From positions 4,248,485-4,312,484 of the forward strand of contig NC_134027.1 in assembly GCF_964204645.1 (NCBI RefSeq): a stretch of DNA of 64,000 nt, given 5' to 3'. The stretch is from Tubulanus polymorphus. Its lineage: Eukaryota > Animalia > Nemertea. Positions within the stretch are counted from its first letter, which is position 1; each line of letters starts with the position of its first letter. A program made the position numbers and the translations under genes. Positions 40,201 through 55,200 of this stretch are shown here, piece after piece. The notes below the pieces were generated by a model. The model was not told where the DNA came from. It saw only the letters and a list, made by a program, of their open reading frames with translations, and searched no databases.

Positions 40201-43200
40201 GATGTCATAATTTATGCATTAAACAAAAGGATACGCGATAGACGGACACAGCAGGTCAAGAGACACACACAGATAAAAATGTATTTTACAAAGAATGTTT
40301 TTAACATGATGTCTGATCGTTAGAGCTTTTAGGTTAAAGTCTTTATATAGCATGCATTATTCTTGCACGAGAACCGCAAGGTGTTGATTCATGATGACTA
40401 CGGGTTTTTTTAGCCGTAAACACACTGTTTCTGAGCTGTTTTGCAGTCACTGATCAGAATCTATAAATTCTTAGATTTCATATATGATACATGCCTAGCA
40501 CGTGGGTCAAAGAGGGAATGACAAATATCCATCTTCAATTACACCATTTAATATAACATACCATAGTGACCGTGAAGTATGTATACTCAGAAAGTGGGAA
40601 TTCAAATCTCGGAATGGTATGCGTGATTATGCACTATCATCAATCACATTCTGGAATGCGAGTGAAGTTATTGACCGGTCGATTAAACATAACCGATTCA
40701 ACCCCAGTGAATTTGGTCGAGTCGACCGACTCAACCGTCAGGTACTCGCTGGAGAAATCTGTGACAACACAGATTCCGCATGTAAGAACAGACTAACCTT
40801 TTTTTCGTCTCAATTTCAACGTCTAGATAAATGACAACGTATCACAAAAATGCAAATAACACCAAGTGCCTGGCTAAAATGTATCAGCTCGTCAGAATCA
40901 ATGACATAAAAAACGAAAGCTCCGCGTCACAAAGCCTTTTTCTGTGTTCTTATGAATAATGAATTCTCAGAAGTAATGGTCTCTTCGTGGGGAATGTGGA
41001 CTAGTTTTTGTTGAAATCTCCATACTGATGCTTTGACTTAGTACCTTCCGCGTATAGAGTTATTAGTTGGGTCAATTGTCAAATGCTCTGCACGGAAGCT
41101 AATGCTCTTGCTAAGTAAACGACGTCATTTCCAGCAAAGATTTTCGTTATCTGGTTACTGAATTAATCTGTTCGTCTGCCTGACCGGATGCCAATCCCGG
41201 TTATATTTTCAGTCGCTTGGAACTCTCATTTTGCGTGCAACGTTGCTGATAAGTGACATGTTCTTTAAAATGACATTGGTCGACACAGCTGCGGGCATTC
41301 TTCCGCACCTAATATACTCAAAACGATGTACGTAGCCCGGCATTGAATGATCATATGAAAAAAAGCCGTCCATTCATTCACAGGTAAACGGCGAGCTGTA
41401 TTTTGCATCTAATAACTCGATATATTGGCAATGAACGGAGCATCAGTTCTAATTACAGAGGCGACTGTGTTATGAAAAGCGACCGAGATAAATCTCTCAT
41501 GTTGGAGTGCAACATAGTATTATGGGAAATTAATTTAACTTGGTCTATTCAGAATTCGCTGAACAAATCGTCTGAATCAGGACCGGTATATCTAACGTCA
41601 TTTAACTGTAGTTTGGGATACGCATGGTTGACACTGATATAATGATATTGCCAAAGGATAAAATGTTAAAACTATAAAATACGCACGTTATACATCCATG
41701 AGACCATGGATCCATGTTTCAACGGATCCCTCTTGGTCCGATTGTCTCATATAGAGAGATGCCGCCGGGTTTTGTTTGAGTCATGGCGATCAGCATCGCA
41801 AGAAGGTTGCTAATATAAAATCATTGGTTTATGCTAACCGAATTTCCTAAACGCCCTTGGCTATCGTGTCGCAATAAATGAAATGTTCCGCGCTCTTTGA
41901 CTAAATAAAAGCAGGAAATCAAATACTTGTGACTTTTATCAACGGAACAAGGATATCCTCTTCATATGACTGACTGCGTGTGGAAAAACTAATTTGCGAT
42001 ATGTTCTCGAAGGAACTTTCAATTGCGCAGCTGATAGGTACAAGAAGGCCCACGCAGATCTCAGGTGACCACGTGTAAGTGACGTCATATGACGTGAAAT
42101 CTAGGTACTCTAGGTATATGGGTATTCAAGTATACATGTAAGGTTTAAGGTGCTTAAGGCTTGATATTGTACACGCCAAACATGTAATCCGAGACTAGCT
42201 CATTATTTCAGCGTATTATATTTGATTCGTTGCTCAGCGGATGTGCCTAGGGATTGTTTTATCGAACCATCTCTCAGTGATTAAAAGTCTACAGTAGAAA
42301 ATTCGTTTCTAGATTAAAGCTTCCAAAGTTCTGAAGAGCAGTGGCAGATTTTTCTGAAAATACACAGCTTCAAATTAAAATCGACGAGGCCTTGCCACTG
42401 CGCTCCATTGGGTCATCGAATTTCGGATTCTAATCACCGGAATGAAGTTAGATTGTACGCACGGCGGGGATTTGATGTCACTATGAATCTATTATCTATC
42501 TTCGAGTCCAATCTAATCGAGTATCCTCGCGCTGTCCTTGTATAATATGATGGCATCTCAAACGCGCGCATTATTAATTTGATTAAATGAAACTTGCCAA
42601 CAGTTAAAGCGATATCAGGAGAACGGACGCGTTTATTTATCAACGCCTTGATGAACGTCGATACGAATTATTTACGTAACCATGTAGCAATGGCTTTGAT
42701 TACTGCGCGTTAATTGACACTAATGAAATTTATTAGCATTTCGATACAAGATGGATAGATATGTATTGATTATGTGGCCGGGTGATCGCCAATGTTGTGC
42801 ACAGTTGTTTGGTTGTGTTGATCGGGAGAACCGATAGCTGTTGACAACCTGCGTGTTGTAAATCCAGAAAGACGTCAACCCTCTTTCCGCCGAGCAGCGA
42901 AAAAAAGCCCGGTTGAACCAGGTGTACTCCAGTTTTTTTTTTCGGACAGCAAGTAATCGAAAATGAAAACTAAACAACGTCTGCGGCATAGAATAGAAAA
43001 GAAAAGTAATTTGAGCAGATTCTATACTGATGAAAAAACACATATAACTATAAAGGATGTTATGTTGCGTATCTCTATGGTATCACGAAACGTTGCCCGC
43101 TTAGTTTGTATACAAATCACATTATCAACCGAACGTATACCTAAATAAATGAAATTGATTTTTTCGCGTAAACATTTCAAAGCGTTTGATCATTGTGTAT

Positions 43201-46200
43201 TATCATCAACCTAATGATATCCATGGAAAAGTGTACCCGCTTCGATCCAGCAGTCAAACCCCCTGACTACGTAACTGTAGACAAACATTGCGTGACGAAT
43301 ACACGACGATGATGTCGTACTTGGGTATAATTCAGATATAGACGACCTATCGATTGTCACTAAGCATTATTGTCATCATAGCGACCGTGTTCTCGGATAT
43401 GATATCCTTGTCTACAAAACAGACGAATGTAGAAAGTGAACTTATGTACGGTGTAGTTATAGAGTAGACGACCAGACGACATGATGATGATGACGTCATT
43501 GGACGTTGCACGACGTCACCGAGGGAATCGATTGCCCAGTGAATAATTTGTATTGAACATTACGTTTTCTAAAGCACTCACAAAATATAATAATGGCTGT
43601 CGCTAATACTGATCAAACTAAATCAAGAAAATTAAAACTGGTCAAGGAAGATGCTTCTGGTATATCCTGATATCAAACTGCGCTCAACCATCCATTGCCA
43701 CTCACAAGGCTTCTCATGCAAGCCCGGTTAGCCAATATTTCCAACAAATTAACTTACAGCGCTCGAAGCATCTACAGTTATAAGGCAAGCAATCGTTTTC
43801 GGTCTTCGAAACCGTGCAATGAAGCGATCGGTTGATAAGGTTGAAACTTTACACAATCTGGATACAGAATCAATCAGAAATTTCAATATATCTTCATGCA
43901 TGTAAATATGCCTCATGAATCATGGGTATGACGAAGCCATCAGGATCTGCGAAATATGTGTCCTACATGTATAATAAAGCTTTATTCAGGTATCATTGCG
44001 AGGTCTCACTATTTGTGACCAAGTGCGAAAGGAAGGTTTCAATTATATATACCGTTAGCGCCTTTTTATCACCTGTGAAAACTGTGATTGGAAATGACAG
44101 AGTTCATCTGAAATCGATGTTTCGTTAAGTAAGTGTGACTGGATTTCACGCAGTTTGTTCACCTCGTTGGCCGTTATTCGTAGTACAGCACAACCTAACG
44201 ACATTTAACGAATGCCACATTAGATCGACCGTAACTAGTCTTAACTCTTCTGCAAAGGTAGAAGATAGTTCATTGCGTATTATCACATGCGATGTGACGC
44301 GATTCATCGCAACTGGGTCGCAGATGAGGGCGTAGGTGGAAGGGCATCGTCACTGGCGGTCGCAGCGCCGACCTACTTTGCTTTGTAAGATGTTAATGAT
44401 CGAGATGTTTGGGAAATCAAAGTCGTAGTGAATCGATGAATACCACGATACCAGAATAAGATAGACAACACTACAAACATCTATCGAATAACTATATACA
44501 TTAGCTCGATCTGCTGTATTTCCTTGTACACATGATCATCGAGACGATTTGACAATCATTACAGCAGCCAGGGATCGGCATTCTGTTGAAAATTGACTAT
44601 ACCTCGATCGTAGACTTACAATGAAACTCGTTCAGTGACGTCTAAGTTCACCGATACTCAGTGACCGAACAGGAGACCGCATTGTAAGGCAAAATTCCGA
44701 TAGATCTATACATGTATATGTACATCTGATTGTTATGTAACTTGGAGACCTTTATAATGTGACTGACGAACGTAATTGTTCTTTCCATGTATTTGTTAAT
44801 TTGTACATGAGGATTCTTTACAAGAGCGCATTAAGATAATGAATCAACGTCTGGTCAAACGTCTCCTCCGTTCGTGTTTAGACGTTTTATCTCTTCTCAT
44901 CAGACTGATGGTGAATAATAACATTATTTTGTGGTGATATAACAACAAGCATAAGATTATTATAGCCACGGTATATAACGCTCCGGATTTATAAGCAATA
45001 AACCAACGTGCGCTGGCAAAAATTCCCGTCTTCCTGAGCCAAATGTGTACTGAGCCTAGAAGCTCGTTTTCTTATGTCTTCTCGAAATGCGATATATATG
45101 GTTTCTTTCCTCGATAGAAACTATTCATGCCATACAAATTCATCAATCTAACACGCTTTTGCGGTGTGTGTAATGAATTTCCAGACCACTTTTGCAAACT
45201 ACTTTATATCGTCATGTAATCTATGTGACATAATATCATTATCAGAAACCGATCAGAACGTCCACGGCCTTGATCATTTTGCTTCGGCTTTTAAGACGGC
45301 AATATTTCCCAGAAACGAGTAAAACAATATCCAATCCGAAAAAGAAAGCATTATATAAGTGTTTCTGTAACTCTGGATATATCAGTCATTTGACATGTGA
45401 CTCGACAAATATATACACCAACCATGTACAAATTAGAGTGAAGGGCTCCGAACAATTTTTGCATTCATTCCCCGTGCCGGGAATTACTACGCATTCAATT
45501 CTTTCTCATCCAATCAGGCTTAAATAATCAATTTATGGTTACATCGATGTCTATGGAATCTCTCGCATCGAATGACGAAATACTAATGAGAAAGTCTTCG
45601 ACTATGACGAAAATAATGACATCATACCCGTGCTCTCTTCAGTGAAATGATATCGATAATCTATGACGATCCTAAAGGAATCACCTTTAAAAGAAACATT
45701 CGTTGAAATTTGTAGTTCTTGATGACCCAATCGATAGGTTCCTCTATTAGGAGATGGTGCTGGTGTCAGAATGAGTGATGTTGCTATCGACTTTCTCGGT
45801 TTGAATATAATGAACCCTGCCTTGTTTGTTCATGACTGATATTTGTTTGCTTTGCTACCTTAATGAGACACCGTATGTCTGCTTACACCATTCGTCGAAT
45901 CATATAAGGCTTTCATAATATACACGTTAGCAAGAAAATGTAGCCTAATGGCGCAGCAAGATATATCTTCCAAAATGTCAGACGGTTTGTAGCTGTTAAA
46001 AGCACCCGTGCAGCCATTATTTGTTTACGACGCATTTTAAGAGAAGTCCGTCACGAACAGCAAAACTTATCTCGAGTTAATTTTTGTCTGGACACAGGAA
46101 CGTTTCACTGAGATTATTTTCCATCGTCGTCTCGTGCAATTATGTTTCGACTCGGCGCGATCTAAGTATATGCGTAAATGACTGATATTTAGCAGTACAT

Positions 46201-49200
46201 TTATATAAGATTGGTTTCATGTCGAGTTATCATCCCGAGAATTCAAGCCGAAAATTGTGCATCATCAGGTATAATTTTAGAAATTGCGTTTGCCAGTTCC
46301 TCGTATTGTACCGATGGAAGTACACTATGACAATAAATGATTTCTTGACAGACAATATATATTGCCCACGGATTGTGAGTGTCATCATGAAATATCGTAG
46401 CAAAAACCATTATGGTACCAAAGATCATTAAGCGGCAAATAATTCGATATCGCAAGCAATCATATTTTGATATATCATCTCGCAACTTGAGGATAATGTT
46501 TACGATACACATTTTACTTGAAATTGCAAATATTGTCAGTTAGTCTTAAACGGATAAAAACAAGAACGCGATAAATCAACCAAAATTTGGCCATTCAACA
46601 TTCCAGTTGTTTTCGGTTTAGACCTTCAGTAAAACCCAAGTAGATTCGACTGCAACTGTTCTGTTCACGTCGTCGTATCTTATCGTCAAGGGAAAAGCAA
46701 TCATGTGCCCTCGCCAACAATAGTAACCTGGTCAATTTCTATCATGGGAAATTCGTTATTAGATTATCAGATTGCCTAAATTCTCTTAAGGCGATCAGTC
46801 CATTGGTCACGAGGAACCATTTTCTGTCACTGGGAATATTGACTCTAACATGAAAGTATTTGGTTTTACTTGTGTAGATGCGTTAGCGCTCTTTCACTCG
46901 CGTGAAATGTACCACGTGGCACGCTAAATGATGAACGGTATGAATTCAACCAAAAACCTGCCAACCAAAACCCATTCTCGGCAGCCTTTTTCAAGTCTGA
47001 ATCCAATCAGACTCACGTCATCTTCCGCAAGAATGACTTTAGATTAAAATATAGATTATGAAAAGTCTCCCAAGAGTTCGCTCGCAAACGGTTTTTGTGC
47101 GTTCGCCGATTTGGCAAGACATTTCAATCTATGGAGAGGAGAGGCATGTGTGCCCAGCGCTGCGTGAGTGAAACTAACACATCGCACTACGAGCAAAGAT
47201 CAAATTGATATTTTCATCGCGAACCGAACTCAACGATTCAAAGGCGATGAAAATAAATTTCCGAACCGCAATGAAAAATAATCAAAGCTATAACCGCGAA
47301 CGGATTTGGAGGGGATATTTTCTTTAAAATCATTGCGGATCCGGGTTGGGGATCAAAAATCGAAAAATCGTTGACGTCGTAAACTTGATTATTTAAGACA
47401 CACTTCGACGGTCGGGATTCTGCTCTCATCGATGGGAAACGCCGAGCCAGAAGTAGCTTTGTTATGTGAAAATAGCTCTCGAGAATTGATGAAGAACACT
47501 CCAACACCGACAGCGAACGGACCGACAGAGATTGGTGATCAGCGGCGACTGTCGCTTCATCGGCAATAGCGCCTAAATATTTCATCGCGTATAAATTGAT
47601 TCCAGCAGCCGAATTGCATCCGGGCGTAAGAAGATGAGCCGGATTACAATACAGATACGGAACAAGAGTTTCCTATAACGGTAACGGATAAACTGAATAT
47701 TCCGCGTTATGAATTATTAAAGATACGCACACGGTGCTAATCGCCGGTTTGAAACTCGGCGGTAACTGTAACGATACGCAAGAGATTATCATTGAAACGA
47801 ATAAAAACTTCGTTCAAATTATCAATTCGAAACATACGAAATCAATGCGTTTATGGTTTGGTAAATAACGAGTCGATTGAGGTTTTCGTCGCGGATTTGT
47901 TTAATTGTAATCCAAGTGACGTGTAAATGTTTATACTAACTGACATCTTTAGCGGTATGCAAATAAGTGCAGCGCTTAAGTTTAGCCCCCGTCACTTATC
48001 TGCGCAGCAAATCTGACGTGGAAACGACACAACTACTTTTAAGTAATACACGTTAAGAACCATTCGTCAGTTTCATGTTTATCGGTGAAAGGGAAAACCT
48101 TTTAACAAAGCCTTCCCTAAGACGATGGTCTTAACACATATTCACGACTGACTTAGCTTTACTAATTCTAATGGAACTATACTCGGTTTTCCGGATGCGA
48201 ATCACGTTACGAATGAAATATTGACCGGGAAAAATAACGAAAGACTTTGTGACGATTTTTCCCACTATATTCTTATCCGTGCTAGCAAAAAATGTAACTG
48301 ATAGCATTAATACGGACTAAACTGCCACATGAATATGCTCACGACACCCTAAAAGGATTGCGCAGAATTTTTGTAACGTTTGCTTTGGTGCATTTTTAAA
48401 ATGGTGGCCGTAGCAAAAATTGTTAACCGGCGAATTTTCTTTTATAGCGCGCTACAACAAAGTGTAATCAGCGCGCTTTACATCGGTATGAAATAACATG
48501 AGCTCATGAAATAGTGATTTAAAACATTTGGAGAATGAACATTCAGTTAGAATTTACGGGTGACGAATATTAATTGCAATTATGAATTTTTTTGAAAAGT
48601 AAGTTTTTAAATTCGTCTTAAAACATTGAACTGATGGACTTTGTCTAATACTTAAGGGCAGTTTGTTCAACAAATTTGGTGCTATAAATTCAAATATCCC
48701 GTCACCTGGCACGCTTTGAGACTAAACTAAATTTTGTACTTCAAAAACACATGAAAAATATATTTTTATGTCTATGCATATGGTATGTATATTTGGAAGA
48801 AAATGAAACTGAGCCATTGCGAATTGCGTTAAACCCAACGCGTAGTAACAGATCTAAAGATATTCAATGAAAATTATCCCGGGAGTATCTTTTATTCCGA
48901 GGCTCCGTATTTATCACCCGTGTCAAAACAGTTAATCATTCTCCAATAAAATACTATTAATTCACAGTGAGTAGCGCGAGTGATAAACCTCAATGGGGGC
49001 GAATAATTGTGGACCAGATTATGTCTGAGGGAATTTTGTTTCGCGGGAAAGAAAGCGCTAAATTGAATTGTATGAGCAATACACGCGGCATGGTAAAATA
49101 ATTACCACGAGAGTCCGTTATTTTCCATGAATTAGTTTATATCGAGGAATAGTCCAACAGAATGCGAAACCGATGTTATAGATACATATAAATGCGAATG

Positions 49201-52200
49201 GAAAATCAACATTTATCGCCAAATGTATTTCCAATGACGTCACACACTGTTTAGTGGAATTCCATACTTCCCAAATACAATAAAATAGATTCCAGTTGTT
49301 ACCGATAAACATATTTTGCTGACACGCTGTATCGATGTAATCTGCTAAGATATGTGAAACCATATCACCGCTACTTATTTTTAGCATATATATTGTTATA
49401 ACGCTGGTAAACTTGTCCGCAGGGGAAATGACAAGTTCCAGTACCATACACCTTTCTGGTCGAAATTGGCTCTTCACATGAAAGATCATTGAGCTATTTT
49501 CATATAATACGATTGATACTTCTTTCTCTCATCTGATCCAACATAAGAATATTTTTATTTCCGTGTAAAAGCGTTGACATTTACCGAATCGTTATAGCGT
49601 AAACAAGGGCTCGGTTTATTTCGATAGAAAAAATTACTGGTTGCCCTCGCTGATCTATCGCTGCTTTACACAGACACAAAGTGTATGCATCGTGTCCCTG
49701 ACAAATAACTCGAAAGTGAGAACCACAAATTCGCTGCAGGATGAGAGTTCTTTGTGCAATCTGATGACGTTTACCTCAAAGTGAAATAGTTCTTGTCATT
49801 GTTGTGGGATTCTCAGCCAAAACTGAGAGGCTTACGTAACGAAAATAATCGAAAAGGCTTTGAATAAAGTTCAACGATAGAACGAAATATAAAATACGAA
49901 TCTTAAATATAGTTGGGTCTGAGTATCTATGAAGGAACGAAGTATTCATTTGATTAACTCTTTATCAAAAGGGCTGGAGACTAACATGGGCGTTATTTCT
50001 ATTCAGAAATGTGAGGACCATTGCATTGCTTTCAAAGGAAGTGAAAATCGATTGAAGAACCTTTCGATAAGAGTCCTTGAAGACGGATGTACCGGTAGAT
50101 GATAAAATGATCTAAAAATAGGCTCACTGATAAGTTTTGAATTTAACTGCGACATTGATTAAGCCATAGTTAATAAAAACACGTACGTATTATCAATCGA
50201 TAGGTCGCCCCGGAGGTAGACTTCGTTTTACATGCCGTAAGTGACTCCATCCTAACATCACAGAAACTACGCCAATTTACAAAGGAACTACAGCGAAAGG
50301 AGATTGGAGATCAACGCAACGTTTTAGAGCGCATTTTTTTATAACGAGAGGCGAAGAATATTGATGTTTTCATTGATGTTTTTAGAGCAAGATGGTAGAT
50401 AATTAATAGCAGAAATGCTGCAGATAAAATGATAAAAACCCGTTCGCGATCGTTAGATCGGCCACACATCTATACAAAACATTGGCTTAGAAGGGAAAAG
50501 CTGTCTGACAATCGAGAGACATTTTGAATGTATGTCGAGATATCGAATAATGCAGATATCGTTAAATCAGCTGTATTGCTAGTGTAACAGCGACCCACAA
50601 ATGCTATAGTTTTGCGAATTTTATATCTGTGCTGCATTCAAACGATCAGATTGACTGAAACGAACACACGATTTCATTAAATGTCCTCATTATGTCAGTA
50701 TTCTCGTTCCAAACTCTTTGCACATACCGAGGAAGACAACGAGACTAATGGAAATTTCAATAAAATGTTAAAACCCGTCGATAATCACGTCTCTTTTGTC
50801 AATACTCCAGGGATACGACTCGGTAAATGTGTTTTGTTTTGCGTGGTTTTATCATGCCGTGCGCGTACGACCAGAAAATTTATTCATATCGAATAAAAAG
50901 ATAAGTAGTTCTACCGTATCAAATTACTTAGAAAGGTCGAGAAAACACGACATTCACAACGCGTTAACAAAATGCTTCTGTTGACAGAGCTTTTCATGCA
51001 CCGTCTGCGCCAGATTTTATATATTTTAGCAGAACATCATCCAACGAAACGTGCTAACTATACGTCCGTCGATCGAGGGGCTCATGATACGATATTCATT
51101 TTCAAGTTTTAACAACCCCGTGTACAATATCAATGTACAATGATCATTTTAAAAAAATGTTCGTTTATGCACTCATTAGACTATTGAGAATCGGATTATT
51201 GTAAATCGAAAATCACAGCGAATCGTCGAACGAAATTCGCATAAATATTTCAGCATCCACACATTCTGTAGAGAATCTACACGTACCATATTGACTCTAA
51301 TGACATAAAATACTGAATAATTAATTATCAAGTACGAAATAAAGGATTTTCGTGACTGGTCGATACACGAGCTCAGTGATTATTTGATTGAAGTATCTAG
51401 ATCGCTTCTCTAACTTCTAGATACTACTCCGGTTCTTCATCAACGCTAAACCTAACAACGTCTAAAATACTTTAAACAATTTATCCAAAATATCAAACTT
51501 ATTTCCAAATACTAAAGCGTGTCCAGGGAACTTAATGCTATATATTCTTAATTTTCATTTTTAGATATCAAATTCCAATTTTCATGGTCCAAACAAATGG
51601 AATCTTAAAGAGAAATATGCCCAGGGAGTAAGAACTAAAATTACAACTTAGAGGTATCGAAATATTTTTTGGCATTATATTTGGACAACAGTAGGTCCCC
51701 AAACGCTTCAGTATCAAGGATAGAAATGTGTAGTTATATATTCATGAAATGTACCTAAAAGTTAAAAATAACACAGCGCAAAATACGAGAAAAAAATTGG
51801 AATAAAAAAAAGAAGAAAATGAATTGATATAAAGCACAAAGGGTTTACAAGGAATAAGATGATTGAATTTCACCAACCTAATTCTTGTTTATGCGATTGG
51901 TGGCTTATTTCTGCCGAAAGCGACAGTTTGTGTTCTGAAATTAGAAGTTGATCATTGAAAAGGATATAACAGATTTGATATATTTTCAAAGGCTTCGTGA
52001 TGATTAGTTGTCAATTGAATATTGCACTATAAGAAATCGGCTTGGATATCATTTTTCCAATTTTCCTTGGAATTATGAAACAAAGCATTTAAAGTCTCAC
52101 TGAAGTAAACACAGTGTTTGTCAGTGAGTATATAATTTTCAGTGATGATTAATGTCATAACTCGATGGATGTAATCATTTAGTAAGCTGTTCACATAGTT

Positions 52201-55200
52201 TGTGAAAGATGAAAGATATTAAGACGAAGCGCTGTGTGAAGGTCTAGTTCTGTTGACTGAGATGTGCACGAGGATATACTATGTCCACATCAGTGTGTCA
52301 CTAAGAAAACAAAGGCAAATAGAACGACTTCACTTTCCCATTTATCCCTTCCTCTCGTCTTCCAGTAGATTACTTTAAGTGGTCATAACCGCGGTTGGCA
52401 ATCTAATAAGTGATTTTATGGCCATAAAGCGTGTTAATCATAAGATTGGAGTATCTCCAAACGGACATTTACTCGCGGAGTCAAGAGTATCTTATTCTTA
52501 TAGGCAACGTGGTCAACAGGTGCACAGTGCTTATTCAGAAACCAATTCGATCCCGTCCGATTCTTATTCTATTAAATCCGCGTTCAACGGAAAGTTTAAA
52601 CTACTGGTAATTCAATTCGAAAACGCGCAGTGATCACGCACTGTGATATCAATCAAGATGCTTAAATTGAACCGTGAACTACCGTGAAAACGAACTCCTT
52701 AAAAAACGGTGACACACGCCAATTTATTCCAATTTACGACTGATTTTCTTAAAAGCTTCATAAAGAACAAAATATGGCTTAGATATTCCGGAAAAGATTG
52801 CAGCGTTCATCTCGGTAGATTGTGTCAACGGTGATAGCCGTGGATTTAAAGCTACAGTAATGAAACACGATTTGTGCGTTGGTTGCCGTCACAGGGATGA
52901 AATAAACGAGACTCTAACACGATTTGATAGAAAACGGCCAATAATGTATCGGTATAAATTTGATTTGTGACGCTGATGGGGACTATGTGAGGTTTTACAT
53001 CACTTGCGCAGACCGTAAAGAGTAACCGTAGTGTACTAGTTTTAGACCTCGAGCGATCCAACGATTCCCCTATACACCTATTTCACGTGACATCACAGTG
53101 CGTGATAATCAGTCGCTGTATTCATTCAGGAAGAAATAGAGATCTGAGGATACAATAACAAAAAATAGATTAAAATCACATTTCTACGCTATTAACACCA
53201 ACCAATTGTAGACTTTCTTCTGGTTCCACAAGCAGGAAGTTAGTAGGTATAGGTCTTATAGGTATGGCCATACAAAATGTTTCTATAGACCTGGGGTTTA
53301 CCTAATTGAAAATGAATTGAGTTAGTACCAGGACTGATACGAGTCTATATAATTGGGCCCAGGAAATTAACAAACTCCAAGGGACTGCCACGCCAATCGC
53401 TTATTGCGTTTGACCATCAATATGGTGTAGTCACGAGGAAAAAGCGCATGGAAGCAAGACCTCTATAGTTACTTCAAGTCTGTATTTTCATTAGTGACAT
53501 TTTTCTGCTATACCCCTTGATTAATGTTTGATGGCCGTTACAGTCGTGATTAATCGGCGACATGAATGAAGAACCTACTGAACTGAAAATGTTTGCAGTT
53601 CGTGGAAATAAAGGTCTTATGTTTTCATCTACCATGAACATTCGTGATCCGTAATGAGGGATCTATGAAAAATTCACCAGATTCTTTAAACGTATTGACA
53701 CTGGACAGTGAAAAAGAATACAGATATTGAGTTCCTTTCGTTAATTCTCATTATCCATCTAAAGGCTGGAATACGAAGGATGCAAGAAAATGGGTCTTAT
53801 GTAAATAGATATACGTGCGTATCTCCACTTATTGACAGACACATTATAATCCATCTCTATTTGATACCGCGAAAGACAAACAAACAATGAAACGTTAAAT
53901 TCTTTTTACGAAAATGAATTTAGTAATGTTTAGTATGTAATAAACGTGGAATGAATAATATGAGATAGATTCCGGCATCATTTTCCTGTTGTATTAATTA
54001 GATCCTTCATAATTTGAATATCAATTATAAACTGATATACGGTGAGTCTTAATGTTCTATCTATCAAATTAATTGCCATTCTCCATTTGTTAAGATCTAG
54101 TCTCAAACTAGTAAATGGGTTTTCTGAACTGAGTATTACAGCACGTATCAAGTACCACTTGAATCTTTTTTGTGAAATACATTTTGTGCAACGTAGATTA
54201 TTTCCTAAACGCGTTCGGCAATCTGAAAATCATACGCTCGTCCATTAAGGATTTAGCGTAAAAATGCGGGGACAATTGATTGAACGTATAAGCAATTTTA
54301 AAAGAGGTTCGTATAGATTTCGCTCGTTACGTGAGGATAGAATGTTTCTTTTTGCGCAGGTGAAGTTGACATATCAAATGAATGATTCAAAAATAGGCTA
54401 GATCTAAAGACTTTAACATTGTTCGTGTTACTACACATTACAGGTACCAGATGCAATATTACATCGAAATAGTTGCGATCTCAGCGAAAATGTTGGTTGT
54501 TTATGCGGGTGAAAATCTGTATCTCAATGTTTCCCTTGTGTTAATGACGCCTACAATTAGCTTTGTTAGCAAAACGCTGACAGGATACGAAGGAAATTTA
54601 GCTAAGTGGTTTGGCCACCGTAAATGTGTGTTCGTAATCCTGGGAATTTTCCTTAGCAAAAACAAAAAAGAGTAAATGTCATCGAGTTTTATCGGGATAG
54701 CCAGTTTCGAATACTTAGACTTCACATGCACCCGACATTGAACCTTTTCATTTTGATGAATGTTTTAGGTCGTACTTTGTTTTCTTACATAGTATTACAG
54801 AAATAACTCATATCTCTCTTAAAGTTTGTTTTGCAAATATTATTCAACAAATCGGTTTTTCAAATACAAAATAGAGCAATTACAAGGCAAGGGATGAGCT
54901 CTTCCTGCTTATAATTAAATTCGATTGATTTCGTGCCATATGATGTTGGTGTAAATGACCTGTTGTTATACCCCTCATGTGGGGACTTTCATCAGATTCC
55001 AGTTATCGTGCTTTACATACTCTGTTTCCCGATCCCGTTTCAATTCTACATTCACTGTTGTCACACGGGAATAATCAAATCATTCAAAATTAGTTTCGAT
55101 TCTGCGAATTCTGACCAACCGAAGCCAGCTGATAAAACCTCCGTCGCCGTTTCGTTTCATCATATACTGAGCCTTTTACCAGAATGATACGAGACATTGC

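Noticed and set aside
53290-53363. CCTGGGG...AATTGGGCCCAGG, possible Harbinger-type MITE
   Set aside because: Only one end resembles a terminal repeat and the inverted match is too short to call.
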